DNA of 64,000 nucleotides, from the NCBI GenBank assembly GCA_002633005.1, contig NMRA01000006.1, forward strand, positions 1,043,697-1,107,696, in the 5' to 3' direction. The position numbers and the translations under genes were made by a program. This DNA comes from Phoronis australis (Eukaryota; Animalia; Phoronida). Numbering within the stretch: the first letter of the stretch is position 1; every line of letters begins with the position of its first letter. The notes below the pieces were generated by a model, which saw only the letters and a list, made by a program, of their open reading frames with translations, did not search any database and was not told where the DNA came from. Shown one piece after another: positions 12,251-24,495 of the stretch.

Positions 12251-12589
12251 NNNNNNNNNNNNNNNNNNNNNNNNNNNNNNNNNNNNNNNNNNNNNNNNNN
12301 NNNNNNNNNNNNNNNNNNNNNNNNNNNNNNNNNNNNNNNNNNNNNNNNNNNNNNNNNNNNNNNNNNNNNNNNNNNNNNNNNNNNNNNNNNNNNNNNNNNN
12401 NNNNNNNNNNNNNNNNNNNNNNNNNNNNNNNNNNNNNNNNNNNNNNNNNNNNNNNNNNNNNNNNNNNNNNNNNNNNNNNNNNNNNNNNNNNNNNNNNNNN
12501 NNNNNNNNNNNNNNNNNNNNNNNNNNNNNNNNNNNNNNNNNNNNNNNNNNNNNNNNNNNNNNNNNNNNNNNNNNNNNNNNNNNNNNNNN
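12251..12589. other. Assembly gap (N run)
   Basis: 339 N. Confidence 1.
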
Positions 12590-12828
12590 GCTTGCCTCCT
12601 AAAACGTCACTTCCGGAGTAGCGGACGAGTAATCTATAAAATTACGAAAAGCTGTAATTAAGTGGAAAATATGTCTAGGATAACCAACCAACCTTATTTT
12701 AGCTCAAAATGACATGGAAAAAGGTTGCCTTCGCCTTTAAACATCAACATGAAAGACCGGTTGACTAATCCTAACTACAGTGTATGTTGCAGTGATATCG
12801 TCATGCCAACTGGAGTTACCGCACATAC

Positions 12829-12902
12829 CTTTCCATCCTTTGAAAGATACGATGAATAAATCTTAAGAATCATCTTTCTCAGCTCTGTGCCCAAATTATC
12901 AG
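12829..12902 (-). CDS. Grx-DEP-DUF547 protein, exon 5 (ADNLGTELRKMILKIYSSYLSKDGK)
   Basis: TTTGTAG acceptor and AAG|GTATGT donor; 74 nt, phase 1/0; joins exons 4 and 6 in frame. Confidence 0.85.
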
Positions 12903-14439
12903 CTACAAATAAAGTAAGACGTTAAACGCCACCTATTGGTCACATAGTTAAGTATGAAAAGATCTGTGTCCCAACTAGGGTTCAAACCTGGCACTTTCTG
13001 CCACAGGCGTCCAATCAAACTAATAGGAGGTATCTTACCCAAACTTGAGAGTACGTAATTATACAAGTATTCAAATGCACTATGATTATCAGCACATTGA
13101 TACATCATAATTAAGAATTATTATTCTTCTTACACGGATAGCAAAAGCCCTAGTCAGGAAAGAGATCTTTTCCGACTTAACTATAGGTCAAGTGACACAT
13201 CTTACTTACATGGTCCCAATGGTTCTTAATGTGCAAATCCAACTGATAAGTTATAGTGCAAATTGTCAATTCGAGAATCCTACAGGAGCCTCAGGTTTAT
13301 GACATGGGCAAAACCTCTTGGAAATTGAATGAACCGTAAAAACAATATTTTTTGCCGAAAAACTCGACATGTCTAAAACTTTCAACCACATGACACAACT
13401 TTTGTAAAAAACACGCTTGTGCAATGTAAAGTAATTGTAAAGTAATTCAGTTACTTTTTGTCAACAGTTTCATTTTAAGCTTAGTAATTGTAAATTGCAT
13501 TCAGCTTTCATGGCAAATATTCAAGTTAGAATCTAATAAATAGTCTTCGAAGTTGTAATATTAAAACTAAAAAAATGTTGATAAATAACAGTCAGCAATG
13601 CTTCCCCACGCTTGGGAACTGAATTGACCTTGAAACTGCACAGCTAGACAGTCTCGCCACATTTCTTTTGTTGGGGCTTGTCTCTGTTTGAATGAATGTG
13701 GATATGGAATTCGCCGCCGAAGATGAGTCCGTTTAAGAAGCTGTTTCCATAGCCTTCGGACTGGGAGTGCGGAGAGTTGCGACACCCGATTTGCCAATCA
13801 TAACTTCGTCACCTTCTCGGAATTGACCTATCGCCATGATTTTGAGTAATGGCTTAACTGACCATTTACAATGCAGCATTACTGACACACCTTCATTTTT
13901 GAGCCGCCATTTTACCCAACAAACAACACGTTGCTGGGTAAAACTTATTGTTTGTTAGTCGACATTACGCAAGGGGGCGGAGCTTGTGATAGGTCAATTC
14001 TGGGATTGTTCGGCTGGCACGCATTTGGTTGTTTTAGTGTTTTGCAAATGATAAAATGTAAGGCGTATGGACTTCTACATTGCACTACTTTGTGATTCAC
14101 CCATGTAATATCAAAAAAAATTATGTACTCGGTGTTATTAACCAATCGTGTCGTAACATGGTCAAGGTCTTGTGAGAAAAAAGTAACTCAATTATTTCGA
14201 TCATTTACCTTTTCACGTCATTTTTGAAACATGCTTACCCAAGTTTCTGGTGAATGGACATAAACTTTCAAACATTTTTATCACTTCAATTAATTCCTGC
14301 AGACTATAAAGTTTCTGGCAAGAAGTAACACTGATAAGCCAAGATTTCTACCGTACCAGTCTTGTGAGAAACTGGAATTAATAGAACATACTTCAGAAGT
14401 CTGAGTACTATGAGGTGCACACCCATCAGACAACTTTAC

Positions 14440-14613
14440 CTGACACTGGTTTACAGTAAGACACAGTAGAGGCATTGAGTGCACTTGTTGGCCTGTCCTC
14501 CAACAGCCTGTAGTATGCTTTATCACTGTCTTGAAATGTAGCCTCATGCACCACCTGGTGACCAAACTGGCTGTCAATCAACTGCTGACCTAACACAACA
14601 GCTGACTCACGGT
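14440..14613 (-). CDS. Grx-DEP-DUF547 protein, exon 4 (DEP C-half: DRESAVVLGQQLIDSQFGHQVVHEATFQD...YYRLLED)
   Basis: TTTGCAG acceptor and CAG|GTAAAG donor; 174 nt, phase 1/1; DEP motif RxxAVxLGQxL...FxD...YYR. Confidence 0.9.
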
Positions 14614-15721
14614 CTGCAAAAAGCAATATTCAATAAAATATCTATCATAGACTTGTTCACTGTATCAAGTATTTCAGGGCCAAGTTCCAAGGAAATAAAT
14701 GCACTTTTACAATATGTTCCCTCTGTTCACTGCAGTGTAAAACGCCTGTCTGGGTATCAGAATGCATTACCTAGACCTAGGGTCTTATCGAAGCCCGATA
14801 ACTTAAAGGGGAACATTAGCTTTTCACCCAATCAGACACACATAGTGTTTTGCATTGTGTGGCTTGCTCTGTTTAGTGTCCAAACTTAAAGTTTGAGGAT
14901 CTGTTAGTTAATTTAAACATCATTTTATTTTTGTAGAAATTGATTCTGAAGGTTCAAAATGCCTTTCAGAGTAAATAGCATATGCCAAATTCACCAAAAA
15001 TGCTTTCAAGAAAGGTAACATTGCCCTTAAGGAACTTCAAATCAATATGAAAGAAACTGAGGAAGACAACTCTCATTATAAATGTTTTAATGACAACAAC
15101 TTACTAACTCGAGTCTGTAATTGAAGGTGAATCATTTAAAGTCTATTCAACATGAAACAAAACATAAGGTGTGCTCAAAAAGAAGAACACAAGTTAGTGG
15201 TATATTTGTTCAATGGGATGTTTACATATCAGCTGTATTTGAGAAATGACTGCAGTGTCAAATCAATATAACCGTGTGTCAGTAGCTTCTGGGCACAGGC
15301 GAATTTCTTCTCAAAAGCCTAATATTAAGAACGTCAGCATTACGTACTCACGTACCACGGTTTTTACAGTATTACTGGTGCTAATCCATCTGTAAACTTG
15401 GTAAAATTTTGAATATTCGTACAAACTTATTTTAATTGTCTTTAAAAATAGATACATGGCAGTTTTAGCAAAGTTCTGTGTTTGCATCCCAAATTGAAGA
15501 ACATATTAACCTTAGTTTACACCACACAGTGTCCAAAGATTCTCCTAAGTCATGGACACAACCCTCAAAATTCATCGTTCACCATGACACCATGACACTT
15601 TTTCTGCAGTCAATCATTGCAATACTGTCTCCTGATCACAATGGGAGACTTTCAGGAAGCAATTGGGGCTGATCACATGGAACCATGACTCATATCGCCA
15701 ACAGCAACAGCAACTCAAGAT

Positions 15722-17096
15722 ACAAGCTACGCGGAGCATTGAAATGCACCCACGACTGCACCGCAAGTGGTGTGCTTTTACGAGTGTTTATTTGTATCAT
15801 AAAACTGGGCAGTAGATGGCTCAGAATACATTGAGCCCATCCGAAAATGGGAACAGGTGGTTGTCTTTCAAAATTATTTGTCAAATTTTATGAAAATACG
15901 TCGAAGATCTCCAAAGATACAAAGGCATCCATAAAAAACTGCCGTTAGGAATCACAGTAGTGCTCAAAAACATCCATCTGTTCTCAAGTTAATAGGGATA
16001 TAATGGTATCCTGCAAGGGGTTTAGCAGATACAGCCGTAGATGTGAAAAATGTAACAAGGAGGCACCACACTAGTTGGATCCATTTAAAAATCCACGCCA
16101 TGCTCTTGTCAGTAGGAACACATTTGAAAATTTTAATAATTATCATTTATGATCATTTGGGTGGTTTGGCAGATACAGCTGAACCAAATGACAAAAACTG
16201 AATTATAAAAAATAATTAAAATGACCACTAGTTGGTGCAGAATTCGCGAAATCCATCAAAAAAGGAAAGATGTTGCCGTCGTCATAAAAAAATTTGTTTG
16301 CCAAATTTCATGAAAAAGTATCATGGAACTCTGAAGTTATAGAGGTAAATGTAAAAAATAAAGCTGTTACTAGGGAACATAGCAGCTGCTTTAGTTGGAG
16401 CAGACGCCAAAAAACTCAAAAACAGTAAAAATGGCGCAATAACTCGAATCCATCCGAAAGCAGGAGGATAGTGTCATCTCACTAATAGATGCCTATCTGC
16501 CAAGTTTTATGAAACCCCGTCGACGATCTTTGAAGATAAAGGTAAACCTTAAAAAACTAAAATTGCAAGTAGGGGCACACCAGTAGTCGGGTACATCCAA
16601 AAGTCGTAGCCATTCGTTGTCAACTTCACAGTCTTGCTAAATTTACTAAAGATCCGTCCGAGCGTTTAGGAGACACGGCCATGGGCGCAAAATGACATAC
16701 TTCCACTAGGAAGCTTCACAGTAGTCGAAGTCGTCAGAAACTCATCGACAGCCGTCCTCTTCATAGTAAGAACATATATTTCCACAATCACCTTTAGAGT
16801 GGTTTGGTTGATGGAGGAGCAGATGCCAAAGAACAGTAAAAATGGCATATCTGCCAAATTTTATAAATATTCCTTGAGGACCTTTGAAGATACAGAGATA
16901 AATGTAAAAAACTAAAATTACCACAACAGGGCACACCAGTCCTGTAAAGTTCGCTCATGCCGTTCCGTTCATGAAAAGAACACATGTGCAAAATTTCATG
17001 AACATACATCAGAGGGTTTTAGATGTCAGACCAATGCCAGACGCTGTACAGGGATGACGGCATAATGCGTCCACATATAATGTGGGCGAATAAAAA
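15722..17096 (+). mobile_element. Diverged copy of the Helentron/HINE-like element
   Basis: 5' end GAGCATTGAAATGCACCCA; degenerate core monomers (CCAAATTTCATGAAAA, CCACTAG); 3' end GACGGCATAATGCGTCCAC...GTGGGCGAATAAAAA matches 8908-8951. Confidence 0.7.
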
Positions 17097-17713
17097 CGCT
17101 TCAGAGTTTATTGGGGTTGGCCAATAGTTAAATTGTGAAGTTGAACATGGCGCACACATTGTCTTTGATTTGAGTTGCCAGCTCATTACACAATGTTACT
17201 ATTCATAACTAAGTGACCTTGGTAATGCTTTTAAACACCAAAATGCATCAGTTAAGAATTCAACTTAGACAGTAAGATAAACAGTAGCGAAACGCAGCTT
17301 AAAGAATATGATCTTACTAACCTATACTTATGAATAACAAGCTTTCTCACACATGTCAATACTTTTGTACTCTGACCAAAGTTATTGTCTGAAGAACCCT
17401 GCACTGGCAGTGGCGCACAAGCAATGCACCCCTCCACCACCACTTTGCACCTAATGTTCGCTCCCTCTCGATCGCCACCAATTTCATCAAACACTCCCTT
17501 GTACTCTAATTTTCCACAAAAACATTATGTAGAGCCAAAGGCTGAGGTTTTGACCCGAACTTTCAACAGCAAATAAGAGTCGCTGTTATCGAAAAGCATC
17601 ACATTTTAGCAATAAGGAGTATCAAGCCATAAAAATGGCGAAAACTGTAACAAATCTGTAAAAAAATGTAGCGGTTGACATGATTTTAGAGCGCACCCAT
17701 ATCTGCATACTAC

Positions 17714-17872
17714 CTAGCTGTTTGGTCTTCACAATCCAGTCCACAAACTCCTTGCCTACAAAAGTATCCTTGTGCACTTTCAGTCCACTTCGATGGTCAC
17801 TGATCAGTCCACTGACCTTGAGCGACTTAACTAAGTCAGCATACTCGTCAGGATTACAGTCAATTTCACTGC
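17714..17872 (-). CDS. Grx-DEP-DUF547 protein, exon 3 (DEP N-half: DEYADLVKSLK...ISDHRSGLKVHKDTFVGKEFVDWI)
   Basis: TTCCAG acceptor and G|GTAGTA donor; 159 nt, phase 1/1; DEP motif TFxGxExVDW. Confidence 0.9.
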
Positions 17873-18167
17873 CTGGAACAGTAATTGCACAGACATTACA
17901 TATCTGTTGAAAACGCCATCTGTTGTGTAACCATTCAATTCCCACCACATATTTGTTGAAACAGTTCCTTTAAACAACAAGATAACCAAGCTTACAGTCA
18001 GTCTCATTAATATAATTCTGGTAAAGTTTTAATGTTTTCATCTGATTTCAAATAACACTGAAAAATAACAACTTCTATTTTAAAGCCTCATGCAGCACCA
18101 CCTCACAAAACCAAGTTTTCAAACATAGTTCATGTTTTGGGATAAGAACCTTAATTGTTTTATTTTT

Positions 18168-18503
18168 TAATACTGCCAGTTATTAGTCGTGATCATAAAT
18201 ACCGCCAGTTACTAATGGTGATCATAAATACCCCAGTTATTAGTGGTGACCATAAATACCCCAGTTATTAGTGGTAATCATAAATACTGCCAGTTATTAG
18301 TAGTGATCATAAATACCACCAGTTATTAGTGGTGACCATAAATACCCCAGTTATTAGTGGTGACCATAAATACCCCAGTTATTAGTGGTGACCATAAATA
18401 CCCCAGTTATTAGTGGTGACCATAAATACCCCAGTTATTAGTGGTGACCATAAATACCCCAGTTATTAGTGGTGATCATAAATACCGCCTTTTATTAGTG
18501 GTG
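18168..18503. repeat. 27-30 bp minisatellite (CCAGTTATTAGTGGTGACCATAAATAC)n, about 12 copies
   Basis: Directly visible tandem array. Confidence 0.9.
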
Positions 18504-18846
18504 ATAATTCCGTGCACGATACAATCATGGACTGAATGAAGTTCATTGTTTGCTTCAAAAAATGAATGATTGATTTATTTAAGTTTGAACTTTGCAATTT
18601 TAACGACCTTAGGTCACATGTAGGCATGGCAGGTTTGCATTCAAATATCACTCAGGATGCTGCAATTGTCGAAGAATCATTTGCTTACAAGTCGAAACTT
18701 GCATAGATGTCAAAGAACCAGTTCTACCAGTCATAAAGAAATTGCTCAGACTCTAGCCTCGGTATATAACATTGCACAAGTAACTGACTCGCTACTCAGG
18801 CACCAGCATAATAATTAGGCACCGCTTAATTGCAAAAGAAACATAC

Positions 18847-18958
18847 CTTGAGCATCATTTAACAACAATGACTCATCAGGAACCTGGGGGGCATCATTTG
18901 GAGGCTCGTTATCAGTTATGTCTTGTAGCAGCCTGTCAAATTGTACTTTGTCATTTCC
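18847..18958 (-). CDS. Grx-DEP-DUF547 protein, exon 2 (GNDKVQFDRLLQDITDNEPPNDAPQVPDESLLLNDAQ)
   Basis: CTTGTAG acceptor and AAG|GTATGT donor; 112 nt, phase 0/1; open and in frame between exons 1 and 3. Confidence 0.85.
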
Positions 18959-21207
18959 CTACAAGCAAACTCACTAAATAATACGGATGCGATAATGGGT
19001 TTTCATGATGAAAGACTTCTCTCAACTGACAATTCAGAAATCTCTCACTTTAAAATGTTAAAAGGATACTATAAAACCCTGTTTTGATGATTTCAATGCA
19101 ACATTGGTGTCAACCTTCTAAGTTAAAGGCAGACGAGTAAACTTTATACTCCATATTTGTCACAGATTGCCATGCCGTGAATAATACGCTTACACGAAAG
19201 TCACGCAAGCTGGTCCTTCTGAGCGGCTTTTACAGGGATCAAAGAGAGCGCGGCGCCAGAGTCGGACTCAGTTGTGATGACCGCAGAGTCCGGTGCGAGC
19301 AAGACCCAATTAAGTGTAATTACCCGAACATAAACTGTAGTAAACAATTCTGCCTATACATACTGGCGAATTTTCAAAATGCATTAACCAACAGTTTTCA
19401 TTAAAAACAAATACCAAAGCTGTATTCAGATGGAAAAAAGAACCAAGTTTGGCTTTCGATTTATAAAAATCGATGAACTATTAAGCTAAAAACTACAAAC
19501 ATGGGGTTTGATTGAAGATAAACGCCTGTGCGTATTGATATACTCGGTGATTTATAAACGCTGATCACGTGGATTACTCTTTTAATATACAACTAAGCTA
19601 CATTGAAACATCTATGAACAACACACAGTGACTAAATTAGATATCAATAATTTTTAAAACATCGCTTATGGCCCAGTGCATGCCGAACTACTTTATAGTC
19701 CAGGAGTAGTACACTAACCGGAAAACTGCTATTCGCGGAAATGCACCAATTTCGATAGTTAGCTTGTAGGTGTAATGGAATACCTGTGAGTGTGAAGACA
19801 ACTAAGGTGGCTAGCTTTGTAGTCAACGAGAGAGTGCAAGCAGTGGATGAGGTTGGTCGGTGGGCAAGAGCTGTGATTTCATTTTTTAGACTGAGGAAAT
19901 GCAAGAACAGTTATGTAGTTACTGCAACCAAAATTTCCAGAGGTTCCAAATCTTCAGTTTGGCTATCACCATTTGCACATTTGTAATATATATTTTATGA
20001 TTTGAGTTCTAATAAAGATTGAACCTGAACTAATGGCACAAGTTTTTTTTTGTTGTGACATGTTTGGTGTAGCTGTAATCTGGAAAATTCAGGTATGGGT
20101 TAACAATTAACTGACTTCTAAGTTGTTTTGATGCTTCGGTTAAACACATAATAAAACGATAGCAACCCTAAGAAAAAACGCAAGTAGACAGGAGTGTTAA
20201 AATAAAAGTAATGAAAACAGGTATGAAACATATTTAAAACCAATGTTCCTTAAGGAAGTGGCCCTTTATCAAGATCAATGCAAATTAACTTTCTAGTCTT
20301 TTTGTAATATTTAAAATGTACAAAGTTAAAACTTTTCTCCATATTGCAGGCTTTAACTCTGTGCAAATGCCTGAGAAAAACAATTTGGGTGTAATAACGA
20401 GCACCATTGTTAAGAAAGTAGTGCTAGCTATTACCTTTCAACTTCATTAGCTCAGATCTACATCAATATAAAGGGCGCGCTGAATAGGGATCGTAAAAGT
20501 TGTCTGCATGGGACATAGGGACTCAGAGCGGTGATCAGTGTAAGCGAGAAATTCTCCACATGAAGCGTAGGTCACACTTACCAATTTATTTAGCAGATTT
20601 GGTAAGGAGTTTTCAAAATTTCCTCCAAACTTTTGACAGTAGTCAAGGGTTACATCTCTAGCATTATTTTGTTTCAGAGAACTGAATGGAAAGTCGTTTA
20701 TAGTATCTGTCAGGCAAAACCGGGTTTGATGTCCCGGCTTTAAGTAACTGGTATTTTTAAGTTTCTCCGCAGGGGGAATTAACAGGGTATTACACACGCT
20801 TATAATTTCATCAGTTGACTTAACACCCTAATGGAATTCTCCTCTTGTCCAGCACGAGTGACGTACTCTTTGAAGGTGAAGGCAACCTTTTTCCATGTCA
20901 TTTTGAGCTAAAATAAGGTGGGTTGGTTATCCTAGACATATATTCCACTTAATTACAGCTTTTCGTAATTTTATTAATTACTCGTCCGATACTCCGGAAG
21001 TGATGTTTTAGGAGGCAAGCGTTTCCCGCCACTTGGTTTTGCGTTGACTTTACCGTGCGAATCTGTTCTATTCTACTTTTGTTTTGTGCTGTTTTCCAAC
21101 AATTGCCGCCATCACTTTCCATAGGCGAGTATTCTGCAGCAAGATAGGTTAGTAGAGAACTCAACTACGTTGGATTTAGGGATTGTTTAGTGTGTTGTAA
21201 GCTGAAA

Positions 21208-21483
21208 ATGGCTGGAGTCGGTGACCCGTATCACAGTGACAGTAGTGTAAGTGACGGAGACCTTGTTCACAGCAGTGGTGACGAGGAATTTTTTCACGGA
21301 CATTCAGTGGGTGGGTACATGTTTGAGCCCGAGTATAACGAGGCAGAGTACGCACAGGCAGCTGTTGAGAGAAACGAGGCGGCTACTGAGGACAGACGTG
21401 GTGACACATCTTGGTGCAAATGCACTGTGTGCGTTGTTATGCCTACCTCAATGGAAGGCTTGTGCTGTTCAGAGTTCTACGAG
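21208..21483 (+). pseudogene. KolX-like accessory gene remnant (P2X7 C-terminal-like Cys-rich domain)
   Basis: YMFEPEY...RRGDTSWCKCTVCVVMPTSMEGLCCSE fits the FEP...WCxCxxCxxM...CCxE pattern. It is truncated where it meets the antisense transposase remnant. Confidence 0.7.
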
Positions 21484-22259
21484 GCCAAGCCACTACTGGA
21501 CATGGTTAAGTGGACCTCCGGCATACCACGGACAGAGGAACAACTGTCCCACTTGCCAGAGTGTCCTGCGACACACTCCCACTGGATGGTGACCCGAGCA
21601 CCCAAACTGCTTACATCGTGTCGTGTGACTCCCTCGCCACACACCTGGCACCTTCTAAATAGACAACTCCACAATAAACTTATCAAATTTTGGCTCACCG
21701 ATCTGTTTACTGGACGACGAACTGTCCTCTTCACTGGGTGTCGAACTGGGCCTGTAATCACTCCCACTACTCAATATCGCTGCAGGGCTGCTTAGAGGCT
21801 CTGGGCTGGAGAAAACAGCACAGTGCGAATCACTACTGGTTCCAGGAATTGCATGCTCTGGGGTACGTTCGGAGGCACGGGTGACAGTAATTAAAGTGCC
21901 TCCACTGGCTCCAGTCACTGTTCTGGCCACAGCTCGCGAGGCTTCTCGCTTCAAAAACGCACTTCTCGGGGGTGGCGACGGGGCACTGCCGGAATGGCAT
22001 CCTTCTTCAGGCGTTGTTTCGCAGGGACCTTCATCAGTTCAGCGTACAAATCCCTTTCGTAATCGGAGGGCAGAAAGTGCTCGACACGGTAATTCTCCAC
22101 TGCTTTGTACGTTGCGTGGACGGGTAACGCTGTGTTCTTCACACGAACGAGCCAAGTACGGCGAAGTGTGTCATCCATCGGAAAGCGACGCAAAGGTACT
22201 CCCAAAGCGCGCGTGAGCCGATAATTAGTACATTCCGGTACGCAGCAACAGTGTGGCAT
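21480..22259 (-). pseudogene. THAP plus transposase N-terminal remnant with frameshifts
   Basis: THAP (MPHCCCVPECTN...RRFPMD...RVEHF), Ser-rich linker, then KFIVELS..LFRRCQVCG...GARVTIQWECVAGHSGKWDS. Spread over three ORF fragments; no DDE core visible. Confidence 0.75.
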
Positions 22260-22651
22260 GTTCACCGACTAGTAAATGAAAGCAAACGACGACGGAACTT
22301 AACACAACCGAGGTAAAACAATGACTGACTCGGCAGCTCTCACAGTCAGACTATACGAAAAGAAATTGGCGCGAAATGCTTGCCTCCTAAAACGTCACTT
22401 CCGCAGTAGCGGACGAGTAATTAATAAAATTACGAAAAGCTGTAATTAAGTGGAAAATATGTCTAGGATAACCAACCAACCTTATTTTAGCTCAAAATGA
22501 CATGGAAGGGTTGCCTTCGCCTTTAAATGTGTACATGTTGACCTATTAGGCCCTAAATTAATGCTTATTTAAACCATATCTTGTTGAGAGTTATGAAAAA
22601 AATGTTCATTTGTGCTTGCAGTTAGACATATTATAGTAATAGCCGAGATCA

Positions 22652-22720
22652 CCCGACCCGAGGATCGAACCCGCGACCCCCATAAAACCGGCAAGCGTGC
22701 TAACCATTCAGCTAATAGGC
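22652..22720 (-). repeat. tRNA-derived SINE head or tRNA pseudogene
   Basis: Minus strand reads TAGCTGAATGGTTAGCACGCTTGCC...GCGGGTTCGATCCTCGGG (A box and B box); no clean anticodon arm or acceptor stem. Confidence 0.5.
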
Positions 22721-22917
22721 AATTGTAGCTAACAGAGGCTCATATAATTCACCGGAAGCACATCTTCAACAATATTTATGCAACGGTAGCCACCTAACAA
22801 CCAGCCCCCGCCAATTCCGGGAGGGGGACACCGATCCTTGTACCAAACCCGGTTTATGTGATTAACTACGACACTTCTGTCGATTGCCCTGCCATGCCCA
22901 CGGGCGCGGTGACCTAC

Positions 22918-23298
22918 CAATTTCTCCAAGTCGTCGTTGCCTCCAACGTGCGTGTTGTTGAAAAATATCTGCGGTACCGTGCTCCTCCCCGTGCGCTGCT
23001 TCAATTCTGTACGAACGTGTTCGTCATAGAGATCAAGCCTTACTTCAGTGAACACCAGCCTTCGTTCCTGAAGGAACGTCTTGGCACGAATGCAGTGCGG
23101 ACAGCCGACGATTGAATAAACTAGAATTCTTCCCTTCATCTTCAGTTTGTCCTGAAATTCAAGTGGGTGGTTGTTTGACAGGAGGGGCAAGGTTCCAGTT
23201 AATGATAAAGCATAGTAAACGGCTAAATCAAACAAATCCCTCAGAAGAACTACGAAAGTAATCAATGAAGTTGCCGCTACGGTGGCCACTTTCATCAT
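22918..23298 (-). CDS. Grx-DEP-DUF547 protein, exon 1 (glutaredoxin domain, CPHC active site); start at 23298 or 23139
   Basis: MKGRILVYSIVGCPHCIRAK...TGRSTVPQIFFNNTHVGGNDDL contains the glutaredoxin CxxC, TVP and GG motifs; TTG|GTAGGT donor, phase 0. Confidence 0.9.
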
Positions 23299-24339
23299 AT
23301 GCTTAGCAAACCGAACAGCGACACCACTCGACTCTACTGTGCACTACTGAATACATCAAAGAAAGTGCTTTCCATTAGGTGCGAGACTATGGGATAGTCC
23401 ACAGGCCTCTTATTGTAACTATTTAATGTTTACACAATCGATTACACTGGTAGACTAAAAGCAATCGTTTTTTGCGAAGACTGAGAAGTCGTGGTTACTG
23501 CTGCTTGATTTTGGCGGCCGGACCGCCGCCGCCGTCGGGGCCCGAGCGCTGTCAATGGACCTCAAGGAATCAGAATATCTCGCAAGTTTTTTTTTCATTT
23601 TTTCTTCAAAACAGGTTTCTTCTGTTCACATTTTGGTGTGTAATCGTTCGAAAACCATCACATTTTTCTGTAGCGTTCACTGGGCGCGACGGTCCTCCGC
23701 CGCCAGGCCGCCGGGCCACTGAACCCCTGATTCATGCTCTATCAATGTTTTGGAAATTCCCAATGGCAAAACTTTCATCTGTATTTGTAATTACTGATAG
23801 TTAAAATCTTCATCCCGTTATCACAGAATACAGCCAGACCATTTTTTCGTCTCAAAACATATAGGCCTACTGGACTGGGTCACCATGGAGGTCCCATGCC
23901 TGGAAGACTCTCAAGTAAAATCATACCCGAAAACTTGCCATGTTTTCGAGCAATTATCACATATAGTCAGGTCAACTATCTGATCGAAAATCTAGACAAC
24001 GGCCTACATCTATTGATCGACTGGGCCCGCGGCGGATGAAATGATGCGCAAATGATTGCTAGCTGCAAATTAACATATTAAAAAATACTTTTCTGTTAAC
24101 TTTCATTTAATTCCATCTAGAAAATGCGTAAAAATGATATCAAATCGTATTTTACACGTCTTTCAAGGCAAAATATAAGAAAGTCTACAGTCCCGCCGGT
24201 GTACTAGCTCACAGGCACGAGAACAGATAGTGGGTCCAACGTCTCCATGGCAGCTGGTCAAGTTCCTTTAAGGCTTTCCGAAGCTTTTCGGTGAATTATG
24301 CCTCCGACACTGATTAAACCATCAAAGTAATGCTGCTTT

Positions 24340-24495
24340 TTTACGCATAGAGGGACACCTTAGGAAGCCGTCCCGATGTATTTAATTCCTTCCAACTCTA
24401 ACACATACTCAGGCCATAATCAAACCGTTTTCTTTTTCGAGCAGTTTTTCTTTCAGTTTCCCAAATCGGTAACTGGCCATTTTTACACTGCACGC
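24340..24495 (+). mobile_element. Single arm of the foldback MITE seen at 47909-48245
   Basis: CGCATAGAGGGACACCTTAGGAAG...TTAATTCCTTCCAACTC...CCCAAATCGGTAACTGGCCATTTT matches the arms at 47909-48245. Confidence 0.65.

Larger units (their letters stand above)
11561..12736 (+). mobile_element. Kolobok-type DNA transposon, copy 1 (defective; contains an assembly gap)
   Basis: TTAA at 11557-60 and 12737-40 flanks termini AGGCGAAGGCAACC...GGTTGCCTTCGCCT; terminal inverted repeats of about 148 bp; internal THAP ORF. Confidence 0.85.
20874..22522 (-). mobile_element. Kolobok-type DNA transposon, copy 2 (internally deleted; convergent KolX-like and THAP-transposase remnants)
   Basis: TTGA (20870-73) and TTAA (22523-26) flank the same long TIRs as copy 1; near-identical to copy 1 in reverse orientation. 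Confidence 0.85.

Noticed and set aside
14803-20254. Other TTAAAGG starts (14803, 19123) as additional Kolobok-like non-autonomous elements
   Set aside because: I could not identify matching inverted right ends by eye.
22652-22720. Functional tRNA gene
   Set aside because: A and B boxes are present but there is no proper acceptor stem or anticodon arm; treated as SINE-like. Isolated GGTTC(G/A)A boxes near 12980, 32615 and 47163 were too weak to call.
23472-23804. GC-rich + strand ORF upstream of the Grx gene
   Set aside because: No ATG start and no recognisable domain; more likely promoter-proximal or repeat sequence.
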